In this document: positions 8,101-16,672 of the stretch, piece after piece
Layout: every line of letters starts with the position of its first letter
Numbering within the stretch: position 1 is the first letter of the stretch
Assembly (NCBI GenBank): GCA_945937975.1
Contig: CAMEUD010000001.1
Location: 1-54,498, forward strand
Source of the DNA: an uncultured Clostridia bacterium
GTDB lineage: Bacteria; Bacillota; Clostridia; Christensenellales; UBA1242
Length of the DNA stretch: 54,498 nucleotides
Reading direction: 5' to 3'
Notes under the pieces: generated by a model
The model's database searches: none
Seen by the model: only the letters and a program-made list of their open reading frames with translations
What the model was told of the DNA's origin: nothing
Position numbers and translations under genes: made by a program

Positions 8101-11065
8101 TATTGAAGGTGGATTAGTTTTAACAAATCTTATACTTATGAAAGATGTTAAATCTGATAAAGTTCAAGGAGGTATAAGTGGTAAAAAAGACGACAGAGTT
8201 GGGTTATTCTTTGGGGATAGTTATGATATTGCTTATCAATATGCAAATCAATTTCCATTTGAGGATTATAAACAAAAATATAACTCTGAAAAAGACGAAA
8301 CTAAAAAGGAAAACATTGTCAATAATGTTAGTAATTTATTAAACGAATTAAATAAATCTTTACCAAAAGGTATAACTCAAGAATCTACTAAGAATGATAT
8401 AGGTTCATTATATTGGTTATTAACTCGATATAATTGGGCTCACGATGCTGTGAAAACAGGTATAAGAAATTATTTTAACGATAAACCTTCTATAGGTGAT
8501 GATTATGGGAGTGCAGATACAATACGAATATATGTTGACACACAACCCAAACACCCATCTGTTTTAATAACTAAAGATGGTAAGGGTAGTAATATCGGTG
8601 GATGTTATATTGATGATTTATCTAAACTACGTGTACCTAGTGATCACATTGATAACTTGAGTGTTAATACATTAAAAGCTATTGAAGATGGTTCTACATG
8701 TGTTGCAAAAGTGGACAATTCATCATTTATGATTGAAGATGGTAAGGCATATATTAAAATGTCTTTATACAATGGACAACCTTTGGTTACCGGTTGTGAC
8801 AAGGATGGAAATGTTGTATTTGAAATCGGTGGTCATACAACTAATGGTACAGCTAATTATCAATACAATGATACAGTATTCAATATCTTGGTTAATTCAA
8901 ATGATTTAGATAAAATGTCATTGACAGATGTTGAAAAATCTCGTGCTGTTGTTAATTTACCTAAAGTTTCTATTGTCCCTAATTGGAATAATGGTGTTAA
9001 TGAGTTTAAATTAACAGATATTCACTTTGAATATAAAATTGGTACTAAAAATCAATATATTCAATATGAATGGAATGATTTAGAAAATGTTAAAGGCAAA
9101 CCTATATCTCAATATGGTTCTGAAACTCTATTAAGTAAATTAGAATCAATCTATCCAACCAACTGCACAAATAGAAAAGTTACATATAATGTGGGTACAA
9201 AAAACCAAATTATTTCTGACACAACAAGTTCAACCGATAAAAATAATTGGTGTGTTAATCCTGATGATGGTGGTTTAAAATTTTATTCACAAACAAAATC
9301 TTTAGAAGATTTACTTTGTATTGGAATTAACTTATTAGCAGACTCTGTTGATATAAATGATATGAAAGTATATGCAAGAGGACCTGAACCTAATACAAAA
9401 AGAATGTACGATCCATTAAATGTTGAATCAGTAACTTATAGTGATAATATTTATTATTATTCATGCATGTCTTCACGTCTATATCAATTGGTTGAGAAAA
9501 ATTCACATCTAAATGATGAGAATTTAATAGCTAACAAACAAAACAACGACATCAAAGACCTAATTTTAGCTCAAATTAATGATAATGATACAAACGAATA
9601 TAAAAAAGAAAATATTTATGTAACAACTGGGGATGATACCCCATCTGATGAAAATGTTACAGTTATTGTCCGACCTAATTCAACTGATAGTGTTGTTGGT
9701 AAAGATGATTATAAGTATGAGTATAAAATTGGTAGTGGGTTTACCACAATTACCCAATATTTAGTAAAAGATAGTGATTATAACTTCGAGTATTTTAAAG
9801 ATATAACAATCATTAACACTTATGTATATAATATATCGGATATATTAAATAGCGGATACTTGGAAAAAAACAATTACTATGGTTTTTGGAAAACAGGTAC
9901 ATTATATATTGTCAAATTTTATAATAGAGGATCCTTATTTTATGTGAATTGTTATGATTCTAATGGACTCAATTCTAAAGGGTATGATAATCTATCAAAG
10001 CTTATACCACAGGACTGGGTATTGGGTCATAAAGACGACCAAGACGATGTATTTACAGAACCATATATTAAATTTATATATACATTTTTCGACAACAAAT
10101 ATGGTGGTAATAAAAACAATTATTTTTATTTTATAACGAACACATCTGACTTGGTTAAGTATAAGTCTAATTATTTATACTATGATTCTGATAAGGCTCA
10201 TATTAAATTTAACATCCCAAATAATACGAATTACAATGATAAAGATTATTACTTATATCCAACAGATTCTATACAAAACCTAATAAATGGGTTAAATTCA
10301 TTAGAAAAAGATGGTTATACTTGGCTAAATATAAATGACTCGAAAAAAATTGAATCTGTAAGAAATAATTTATTATTATCAACGAACAATCCATATTGGT
10401 CGTCAATTAAATCATACTTAAAAGGTAGTTCTGTTCAATTACCAAAATTATATGATGTGAAATTTAGGGCAAAATATCAATATAATGAAAAAAATTATGG
10501 TGCATTATATTATAATTGGTCAGATAGTGTTATTTGTAGATCTAATAATAGTGTAATATCAGATAATACTACTGTTGATAATACTAAATATGTTGTGTCT
10601 GATTTTATGTGTAAATATGGAGATAACAACATCATATCTTATAAAGCTCACACAAATGTTAAACCACAAATACAATGTAGTATAATGAATATTTCAAGTG
10701 GAGAGGATATTACAGATATTGAAAATATTACATATGTGTATGCATTGGATAGTACAATAGAAGGTTTTTCATTAGAACAAAATGGTTATCTTAAAGTTAC
10801 TGAAAATAAATCAAGTAGTCCTAGACAATGTAAGATTAATATCAAAATTAAATATAATGACCATGGCACTATTGTTATTGTTGGAAGTGAGTCAATTATT
10901 GTGACTCAAGAATGTGTAGTTACAAAAACATATTTACACGAAAATCCCAGTATTGCACAAAATTTTGATCATAATTTTAGTATTTTAGACAACACATATA
11001 AGGAAGCATATGATGCAATAGTGAATTTTGATAAAATAGAATCTGGTAGTATGGCAACTCCATAA
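5141..11065 (+). CDS. Giant tail-fibre/host-recognition-like structural protein (1974 aa)
   Basis: Uninterrupted 5.9-kb ORF. The N-terminus (IDKIQPNDIIANSQLTINRNFAELAEKLNNI) resembles the start of many phage fibre proteins. A G-D-x-(W/Y) motif recurs (KGDMWIKTD, VGDIWVVKID, AGDIWIVHKDD, IGDTYVDI, LGDVYRDV). There is an SDSDSDSD linker. The remainder is N/T/Y/D-rich and has a beta-rich composition. Confidence 0.55.
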   Translation: MSEKQMDYVNIDKIQPNDIIANSQLTINRNFAELAEKLNNIIHLLGTNGVFDNYYPIDIEWNKSDNGMIYGNMILNDELETELPTQPLPFATQEMGGILSTTSQAIAGNKTFINDIILSYDKLNKKWSSLKGIDSRPIITQYPNSVVIGDPSDPKKSISINYKDGKVVSITSGVFDTEQIKSDFTDYLNSELAKLQEKIISGITDANKKLCDYFKIPFDQQNDKKIENWWGNTHITTENNTFMISGSLNQKHFIPWDILDIPDNHIGDTYVDIANRKCYIYLSEKNNYIWTELDGEQFKGIIQILLDAANALSVTDGMSRTFVSNNCPEPPYDKGDMWIKTDNQNNAELLYCIKSKKADEKGDEKDWGSFTAYIKEDALDAWKNDLEEQLKNQLDKKISNWFGVGSPEGEDGNQKRPWLDDSDSDFDEDKFHENDIYTDIGKLPQGESDDDPDVSATAGYTWAFLKQDNTYKWIKTGQMSAFEQLLQSIGGIDGIKDGLRDYYYVTYGYWKQEEPKHTHKVGDIWVVKIDNTNPKNNNKNYLENEVYMCMKSDEKNPHKGWDSTHWMRILSSTDYNDLVEKISNTQSSLDSINRKFTSLNDDNVFSLLEKITIRNEWLKISGESKDYYESNNHNRPTSTENLLNYYINGSFHNTYKIIQDSKLESSIDQSILSGYKQSFLILSKYLISCKLFENSDTQISDISQPSSKSTNANTGDIIDDNISVEIVQRPTFKDTLLSYFTDYYTKEQNILIILQTLKTIKTQTDGQIRQFAGNCPVWKYKFPDFENWDYADHLGDVYRDVSSGNPTSGWLWRFTEGDLEENCKKEDFPNPTGTLPIPKNLVIEDSDSDSDSDNNKIYHWHHETSKELEDLANRLEELANKYQNSDDDDFTLFVKKPNPYIYQAGDIWIVHKDDYNDNKGVECMPKNNNQYSCAKQGDFLVAISSNTTDTDGKHNPNDWELTDVSESIKQSTLEKSGFDVVTDGTTNIEGGLVLTNLILMKDVKSDKVQGGISGKKDDRVGLFFGDSYDIAYQYANQFPFEDYKQKYNSEKDETKKENIVNNVSNLLNELNKSLPKGITQESTKNDIGSLYWLLTRYNWAHDAVKTGIRNYFNDKPSIGDDYGSADTIRIYVDTQPKHPSVLITKDGKGSNIGGCYIDDLSKLRVPSDHIDNLSVNTLKAIEDGSTCVAKVDNSSFMIEDGKAYIKMSLYNGQPLVTGCDKDGNVVFEIGGHTTNGTANYQYNDTVFNILVNSNDLDKMSLTDVEKSRAVVNLPKVSIVPNWNNGVNEFKLTDIHFEYKIGTKNQYIQYEWNDLENVKGKPISQYGSETLLSKLESIYPTNCTNRKVTYNVGTKNQIISDTTSSTDKNNWCVNPDDGGLKFYSQTKSLEDLLCIGINLLADSVDINDMKVYARGPEPNTKRMYDPLNVESVTYSDNIYYYSCMSSRLYQLVEKNSHLNDENLIANKQNNDIKDLILAQINDNDTNEYKKENIYVTTGDDTPSDENVTVIVRPNSTDSVVGKDDYKYEYKIGSGFTTITQYLVKDSDYNFEYFKDITIINTYVYNISDILNSGYLEKNNYYGFWKTGTLYIVKFYNRGSLFYVNCYDSNGLNSKGYDNLSKLIPQDWVLGHKDDQDDVFTEPYIKFIYTFFDNKYGGNKNNYFYFITNTSDLVKYKSNYLYYDSDKAHIKFNIPNNTNYNDKDYYLYPTDSIQNLINGLNSLEKDGYTWLNINDSKKIESVRNNLLLSTNNPYWSSIKSYLKGSSVQLPKLYDVKFRAKYQYNEKNYGALYYNWSDSVICRSNNSVISDNTTVDNTKYVVSDFMCKYGDNNIISYKAHTNVKPQIQCSIMNISSGEDITDIENITYVYALDSTIEGFSLEQNGYLKVTENKSSSPRQCKINIKIKYNDHGTIVIVGSESIIVTQECVVTKTYLHENPSIAQNFDHNFSILDNTYKEAYDAIVNFDKIESGSMATP
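7673..7700 (+). repeat. (GATAGT)n hexanucleotide microsatellite encoding SDSDSDSD
   Basis: There are four full GATAGT units plus a partial unit inside the 1974-aa ORF. The repeat is in frame, so slippage would change linker length without breaking the ORF. Confidence 0.8.
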
Positions 11066-11068
11066 ATA
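11061..11068 (+). promoter_or_regulatory. Class-B promoter-like motif CATAAATA
   Basis: It overlaps the stop of the 1974-aa ORF and ends 34 nt upstream of the portal ATG. Confidence 0.45.
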
Positions 11069-11101
11069 TCTTATTAAGTTTAATTTTAAATAGTTAATTA
11101 T

Positions 11102-12823
11102 ATGGCAGGTTTTACAAGTAATAACAGAAACAATACAAGTAATCCAAATCCAGTAACCAGAATGTTGAGAAGACTCTCAAGTTTTGGTATGAACTATAAA
11201 GATGATGTGATACAGAATGTGAGGTCAACAGACCTCACATTCCAAAACACAACACTCCAGACCAATCCTAATAATGGTCAAGTTGGTTCAATTACTGATG
11301 ATAGTGTTCAAGTTCTTTTTGCAAGAATGTCATCGACGGATCCATCTCTTTCTAAAGGTTATTTCAATCTTTCTGAAGAAAATTACCAAAAGAAAAAGGA
11401 ACAGTTGAGGAAATTTTCACTTCAAGATGAGATTGAAGAAATATTGGATATTATTTGTGAAGAAGCTATTGTTTTTGATGGTGCGAATAAATTCGCAAAT
11501 ATTAGATTGAATTATAAAGTAGACCAAAAACTATTAGATGAATTTACGGAAGAATATAATAAAATTTATAATTATTTCGGTTTCTATGATACTGTTCAAG
11601 CAACAGATTATTTCAGAAAATGGTTAATTGATGGTTTTCTTGCATTTGAAATTGTATACAATCAAGAACAAACGGAAATTATAGGTTTTGTTGAATTGGA
11701 TCCCGTATCTCTTACACCAGGTATTGATCCAAATACTAATGAAAAAGTTTGGTTTGTAAATCAAACTCAAAATGGTACAACTGGTCAAACTACACAAGAT
11801 AGAATACTTTATGATTCACAAATCATTTATTTGGCTTATGCAAAAGCTGATGCCGTTTCAAGAATATCTTATGTTGAACGACTTATTCGTTCCTTCAACA
11901 TATTAAGAACTATGGAGGCGACAAGAATTATATGGGCGGTCACAAATGCATCTTATAAAACCCAATATATTATTCCTGTTGGTTCTGTTCAGTCGCCAAG
12001 AGGTAGACAGACACTCGCACAAGCAATGGCGAATTATAAAGAAGTCGTTGATTTTGATTGGGATTCTGGTGAAATCAGTACCAATGGTAGACCAATGCTC
12101 CAATTTTATAAGGACATCTTTCTGGCATCTGAAGGTGGTGAAACACCACAAATTCAAAATCTAGGTGGTGATGGTCCTGACATTTCTGATACAGAGACAT
12201 TGAAATATTTCAGAGACAAGTTAAGACAAGCTTCTAAAATTCCTAATAGTAGATTTGAAAAAGAACAAGGTGAAGGTGTATATACAATGTCTGCAGAAGG
12301 TATTAATCGTGAAGAAATCAGATTTTCTAAATTCATTTCAAGATTAAGATCAATCTTTTCAGAAATTCTCATTAAGCCACTTTATATTCAAATGTGTTTA
12401 AAACATAAAGAGATTATGACTGATATGAACTATCGTGTAAATCTCGGTCTTGAATATAATAAAGATTCTATCTTTGAAGAAAATAAAGAAATAGAATTGA
12501 TACAAAAACAATCAGATGTCATATCATCAATTAATTCATCTATGGTCGTCACCGATGAAGAAGGTAATGAAACACCTTATTTTGATTTTGATTTCCTTGT
12601 TCGTAAATTCCTTGGTATGAGTGATGAAGATTTAAAACTCAATCAGAGATTTAAAGATGAAAAACAATTACAAAAAGAAGGATATAAACAAGAAGATATC
12701 GCTAAAATTTTAGATGGTGCTCCAAAAGAAGATTTCAAACCCGTCAAAAAGAAGAAGAAAGATGAAGATGAAGATGAAGATGAAAATGGTGGAGACAATA
12801 ATAACCCATTAGCAGGTTTATAA
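11102..12823 (+). CDS. Portal protein (T4 gp20-like)
   Basis: 573 aa. The segment LQDEIEEILDIICEEAIVFD and the overall size and position (upstream of protease/scaffold/MCP) match gp20-type portals. The C-terminal tail is charged (KKKKKDEDEDEDEN). A CATAAATA motif lies 34 nt upstream. Confidence 0.7.
   Translation: MAGFTSNNRNNTSNPNPVTRMLRRLSSFGMNYKDDVIQNVRSTDLTFQNTTLQTNPNNGQVGSITDDSVQVLFARMSSTDPSLSKGYFNLSEENYQKKKEQLRKFSLQDEIEEILDIICEEAIVFDGANKFANIRLNYKVDQKLLDEFTEEYNKIYNYFGFYDTVQATDYFRKWLIDGFLAFEIVYNQEQTEIIGFVELDPVSLTPGIDPNTNEKVWFVNQTQNGTTGQTTQDRILYDSQIIYLAYAKADAVSRISYVERLIRSFNILRTMEATRIIWAVTNASYKTQYIIPVGSVQSPRGRQTLAQAMANYKEVVDFDWDSGEISTNGRPMLQFYKDIFLASEGGETPQIQNLGGDGPDISDTETLKYFRDKLRQASKIPNSRFEKEQGEGVYTMSAEGINREEIRFSKFISRLRSIFSEILIKPLYIQMCLKHKEIMTDMNYRVNLGLEYNKDSIFEENKEIELIQKQSDVISSINSSMVVTDEEGNETPYFDFDFLVRKFLGMSDEDLKLNQRFKDEKQLQKEGYKQEDIAKILDGAPKEDFKPVKKKKKDEDEDEDENGGDNNNPLAGL
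12761..12784 (+). repeat. (GATGAA)4 microsatellite encoding DEDEDEDE in the portal tail
   Basis: Read directly from the sequence: gatgaagatgaagatgaagatgaa. Confidence 0.8.
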
Positions 12824-12824
12824 T

Positions 12825-13982
12825 ATGACGAAAAATAATCTGTTACATTACATACAGAATGAAACAAATAAAAATCATGTCAGAGAAAATTATTTTAAAA
12901 AACATTTTAATGATTTTTATTCTGACATGATTTTATATACATATCCTGAAGAATTTTCATTTCCCCAAAAATTATACCATTATTTGAATGATGATATGAA
13001 TTTTACAATGGGTAAATGTAAAATTTGTGGGAAAAGATGTCATTATAAAAATTTTACATCAGGATATTATACATATTGTTCTAGAAAATGTAGTTTACGA
13101 GATGAGGAAACACAAAATAAAATCAAACAGACATCTTTAGATAGATATGGTGTTGAGTCTTATTCAAAAACACAAGAATATTTGCATAAAGTCAAAGAAA
13201 CAAATCTTTCAAAATACGGTGTTGACTCTTATTCAAAAACTACTGAATATAAAAATAAAACTAAACAAACCAACCTTTCTAAATATGGTGTTGAACATGT
13301 TTTGCAAAATAGTGAAATTTTACATAAAAAGGAACAAACTTGTTTAGACAAATATGGTGTTAAAAATTTTTCTCAAAGTGATGGATATTTAGAATTGTCA
13401 AAAAAATCAAACCTTTCTAAATATGGTGTTGAACATGTTTTACAAAATAGTGAAATTTTACATAAAAAGGAACAAACTTGTTTAGATAAATATGGTGTTA
13501 AAAATTTCACACAAAGTGATATATTTTATGATAAGATATATGATGTATACCTACCTAAAAAGGAACAAACTTGTTTAGATAAATATGGAAAAAAGAGTTT
13601 TTCACAAACATCAGAATATCATTTAAAAAAAACTCATAAAATATATAGTAAATTATTTGATATTTCTTTTGATTCAAGTTGGGAATTAAAATGTGCAGAA
13701 TTCTGTTTCTATAATAATATAGTTTTTCAATATCAACCAAATATTTTATTTGAATATCATTTTAATAATGACACACATTATTATCAACCTGATTTTCTCA
13801 TAAATGGTAAATTATATGAAATAAAGGGTGATCATTTCTTTGAAGGTGATAAAATGATTAATCCATATGACAGAAATCAAGATGGATTATATGAAGCAAA
13901 ACACCAATGTATGATAAAAAATAATGTTATAATATTGAAAAATGCTGAATTAGAAAATTTAAAATTATATTTACATAAATAA
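12825..13982 (+). CDS. Free-standing homing-endonuclease-like nuclease, paralogue 2
   Basis: The ATG lies 1 nt after the portal stop. It shares the N-domain (FPQKLYHYLNDD..GKCKICGKRCHYKNFTSGYYTYCSRKCS). It has seven 23-aa K.YG modules. The core YQPDFLINGKLYEIKGD is a canonical PD...ExK motif. Confidence 0.6.
   Translation: MTKNNLLHYIQNETNKNHVRENYFKKHFNDFYSDMILYTYPEEFSFPQKLYHYLNDDMNFTMGKCKICGKRCHYKNFTSGYYTYCSRKCSLRDEETQNKIKQTSLDRYGVESYSKTQEYLHKVKETNLSKYGVDSYSKTTEYKNKTKQTNLSKYGVEHVLQNSEILHKKEQTCLDKYGVKNFSQSDGYLELSKKSNLSKYGVEHVLQNSEILHKKEQTCLDKYGVKNFTQSDIFYDKIYDVYLPKKEQTCLDKYGKKSFSQTSEYHLKKTHKIYSKLFDISFDSSWELKCAEFCFYNNIVFQYQPNILFEYHFNNDTHYYQPDFLINGKLYEIKGDHFFEGDKMINPYDRNQDGLYEAKHQCMIKNNVIILKNAELENLKLYLHK
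13272..13588 (+). repeat. Near-identical 138-nt-period tandem duplication (two 23-aa K.YG module pairs) plus a third partial copy
   Basis: 13272-13382 and 13410-13520 differ at only a few positions (both encode NLSKYGVEHVLQNSEILHKKEQTCLDKYGVKNF.QSD). The stretch aaaaaggaacaaacttgtttagataaatatgg recurs at about 13557-13588. Confidence 0.85.
13974..13981 (+). promoter_or_regulatory. Class-B promoter-like motif CATAAATA
   Basis: It overlaps the stop of ORF 12825 and ends 29 nt upstream of the protease-scaffold ATG. Confidence 0.45.
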
Positions 13983-14009
13983 TATATAAATTATAATTAA
14001 TTATATACA

Positions 14010-16088
14010 ATGAAAGATAAAAAGTTACTTATAGTAGAACGTTGTAACTCTAACCTTCAAATTATCGAAGAACAACTTGAAGGACAAGATAAGAAATCTA
14101 TTGTATTAACAGGTCTTTTTACTACATTTGGCACTAAGAATAGAAATGGTCGTATTTATGAAAGTGCAGATTTTATACCTCATGTTGAAGCTTTAAAAGA
14201 AGCCATTAAAAATAGGACTCTACTTGGTGAAATGGATCATCCACATTCATTTGAAACTTCTCTTTCAAATGTATCTCATGTTGTGGAAAGTTTGGAATAT
14301 GATCCTCAACAAAATGCAATTGTAGGTAAAATCCGTTTACTTAATACTGCAAGAGGATTAGATGCACAATCATTAGTCAGAGATGGTATTCCTTTGAATA
14401 TTAGTTCTCGTGCTGCTGGTACAGTAGATGAATCAGGAAGAGTTAAACTTCAACAACTATTTACTTATGACTTGGTTGCCGAGCCTGGTTTTGCCAATGC
14501 ACAATTACACCAAATTAATGAAGGTGTAAATTATAATAATATTTCTGATAAATCAAGAAGTATTCTTGTAGCATTAAATGAAAATTATAAACCAAACTTG
14601 AATGAAAGTTATGGACTTTATAATGATAATGTAGATGTTTATGAAATTTCTGAAAACAATACATTACCAGATGTTGCTAAAGAAGGTTCTAAATCGACAG
14701 ATTTCGGTGAGGCACAAGCAACAGCAAATGTTACCAATGTGGCCAACAATGGTACTATTGTAAATGATGGTAAAGGTATGAAACAACCAGAACCAATAGA
14801 AGTAGATATAAAAAATAACAACAATATGGATAATGGACAGTATATACTATACTCTGATTTCCAAAAGTATAGTGAACATTTGTCAGATATTATTACTGAC
14901 TTACAAGATGCCATTGCAAACTATAAAGTAGAACTCGCAAACATGAAAGATGACAAGAGTCGTCCAACTGAAAAGTTTGATGCTTCCAATGTTGACAATA
15001 CCATGATTGCAAGTTTAGTTGCCAAAGAAGTCGCTAAAGCTACAAAAGATCTCGCAGTAGATAGTGATGAACAAGCCGCAGCAGTTGTAAAGGCAGAAGA
15101 AATGGAAGAAAAGTATAATAATCTTGTAAGTTATATGAAATATCTTGCTGAAAACCTTGATAAATCAATTACATATCAAGATTATGTAACAGAAGAAACA
15201 AATAAGATTATTGCTCACAACAACTATTTAGCAGAAAAGATGAATCAAATGGTTGATCATCAAGATTATCTTGCTGAAAATATGAATAATATGATTGCAC
15301 ATCAAGATTATCTCGCTGAAAATCTAAATGATACAATTGGTTATCAAAATTATGTAGCGGAAATGCTTGATAAGTCTATTGATTATTCTAATATGATCGC
15401 TGAAGAGCAAAACAAAACAATTGCTTACAACAACTATTTATCAGAAAAGATGAATCAAATGGTTGATCATCAAGATTATCTTGCTGAAAATATGAATAGT
15501 ATGATTAGCCATCAAGATTATCTTGCTGAAAATATGAATAATATGATTAACCATACTGATTATATTGTTGAATCAATTAATTCTAAAAATGAAAATATTA
15601 TTGAAGAAAATGAAGTTGTAGAAGTTCCTGCAAATAAAACTTCTAAACCTCAATTTAATTCTAAAGAATATCAATCATTGTTAAGTGAAAAGTTAAATTC
15701 CCTTATTAATACTGTTAAAACTCAATATGCAGAAGTTAAACAAATGGAAAAAGAAGCTCTTGAAGAATCAAGACAAAGAACTTCTGAAGCACAGAACTTT
15801 AACTTGATTAACTATATTCCAAAAAGACTTTCTGAAAGATGGTCAAAACTTTCTGACACAAGAAAACAAGAGATTTTAGCAGAGTCAAAAATGTTTGTAA
15901 TTAATAATGATGCAAGTGCAGAATATTTCTGGAATACTCGTGACTTGAGAGAAAAACAAATCCAAGTTGAAAAGATTGAAGAAAATGTAACAGCACAACC
16001 TCTTACTCCACTTAATCAAAATGTAATGTCTGATGAACGTTACAAAATGATGATGGAACAAATTAAGAGAAATATGCGTAAATATTAA
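14010..16088 (+). CDS. Prohead protease (T4 gp21-like) fused to repeat-built scaffolding domain
   Basis: The N-terminus KNRNGRIYESADFIPHVEALKEAIKNRTLLGEMDHP and NISSRAAGT align by eye with T4 gp21 (NRNKRLYPKRILEKAV...ALGELNHP, GVSSRGLGS). The following ~490 aa are acidic and coiled-coil, and include eleven 14-aa repeats (consensus near HQDYLAENMNNM). Confidence 0.75.
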   Translation: MKDKKLLIVERCNSNLQIIEEQLEGQDKKSIVLTGLFTTFGTKNRNGRIYESADFIPHVEALKEAIKNRTLLGEMDHPHSFETSLSNVSHVVESLEYDPQQNAIVGKIRLLNTARGLDAQSLVRDGIPLNISSRAAGTVDESGRVKLQQLFTYDLVAEPGFANAQLHQINEGVNYNNISDKSRSILVALNENYKPNLNESYGLYNDNVDVYEISENNTLPDVAKEGSKSTDFGEAQATANVTNVANNGTIVNDGKGMKQPEPIEVDIKNNNNMDNGQYILYSDFQKYSEHLSDIITDLQDAIANYKVELANMKDDKSRPTEKFDASNVDNTMIASLVAKEVAKATKDLAVDSDEQAAAVVKAEEMEEKYNNLVSYMKYLAENLDKSITYQDYVTEETNKIIAHNNYLAEKMNQMVDHQDYLAENMNNMIAHQDYLAENLNDTIGYQNYVAEMLDKSIDYSNMIAEEQNKTIAYNNYLSEKMNQMVDHQDYLAENMNSMISHQDYLAENMNNMINHTDYIVESINSKNENIIEENEVVEVPANKTSKPQFNSKEYQSLLSEKLNSLINTVKTQYAEVKQMEKEALEESRQRTSEAQNFNLINYIPKRLSERWSKLSDTRKQEILAESKMFVINNDASAEYFWNTRDLREKQIQVEKIEENVTAQPLTPLNQNVMSDERYKMMMEQIKRNMRKY
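15126..15587 (+). repeat. Eleven tandem 42-nt (14-aa) repeats in the scaffold domain, with an internal near-identical 210-nt-period duplication
   Basis: The units run VSYMKYLAENLDKS / ITYQDYVTEETNKI / IAHNNYLAEKMNQM / VDHQDYLAENMNNM / IAHQDYLAENLNDT / IGYQNYVAEMLDKS / IDYSNMIAEEQNKT / IAYNNYLSEKMNQM / VDHQDYLAENMNSM / ISHQDYLAENMNNM / INHTDYIVESINSK. About 113 nt starting at 15210 and at 15420 are nearly identical. Confidence 0.85.
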
Positions 16089-16094
16089 TCCTAT

Positions 16095-16124
16095 AAGAGT
16101 GGTTGAAATATACTACTCTTTTAT
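16095..16124 (+). terminator. Weak terminator-like hairpin
   Basis: The arms AAGAGT and ACTCTT enclose a 14-nt loop and are followed by TTTTAT. Confidence 0.35.
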
Positions 16125-16146
16125 ACAAACATAAACAACTAAAACG

Positions 16147-16566
16147 ATGTCAGAAATACTTCAGATAGTTATTACTAATTGTATAACTTTTCTCACCACA
16201 GGTGGTATAGGAAGTATTTTCTACTTCCGTTTACACAAAAGAATGAAAGAAGCGGAATTACACGCATCAGAAATCAGTAATTTATCTTCTTCAAATGATG
16301 AATGGATAAGATTGTATGAAACAGAAAGAGATGAAAAATCTAAACTGATGGAACAAAACCATATATTAAATGAAAGAATAAATAAATTACATGAAGATAA
16401 AGGATCACTTATTTCCAAATGTGAAAAAAAGGAAAGAATAATTTCTGAACTTAATTGGTACAGATGTGAAATTAATAGGTGTCCTTATAGAAAACCACCA
16501 AGAAAATATGGTGATTTTGATTTACCTGAAGATGCAATTATTCCAAAAGAAGAAAATGAAAATTAA
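16147..16566 (+). CDS. Membrane-anchored coiled-coil protein, function unknown
   Basis: 139 aa. It has an N-terminal hydrophobic segment (ILQIVITNCITFLTTGGIGSIFYF), then a coiled-coil stretch and a Cys-containing C-terminus (WYRCEINRCPYRKPP). It lies between the protease-scaffold gene and the MCP gene. Confidence 0.45.
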   Translation: MSEILQIVITNCITFLTTGGIGSIFYFRLHKRMKEAELHASEISNLSSSNDEWIRLYETERDEKSKLMEQNHILNERINKLHEDKGSLISKCEKKERIISELNWYRCEINRCPYRKPPRKYGDFDLPEDAIIPKEENEN

Positions 16567-16571
16567 ATTTT

Positions 16572-16579
16572 CATAAATA
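16572..16579 (+). promoter_or_regulatory. Class-B promoter-like motif TTTTCATAAATATAT
   Basis: It lies 94 nt upstream of the MCP ATG, which implies a long A-rich leader. Confidence 0.5.
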
Positions 16580-16672
16580 TATTAATAAAAAAAATAAATT
16601 ATCTAAAAGTTAATAGAAGCAAAGAACTTTTAGTTGATTCAATAAAAATAAAAAATAAAATTTAGAAAAATT

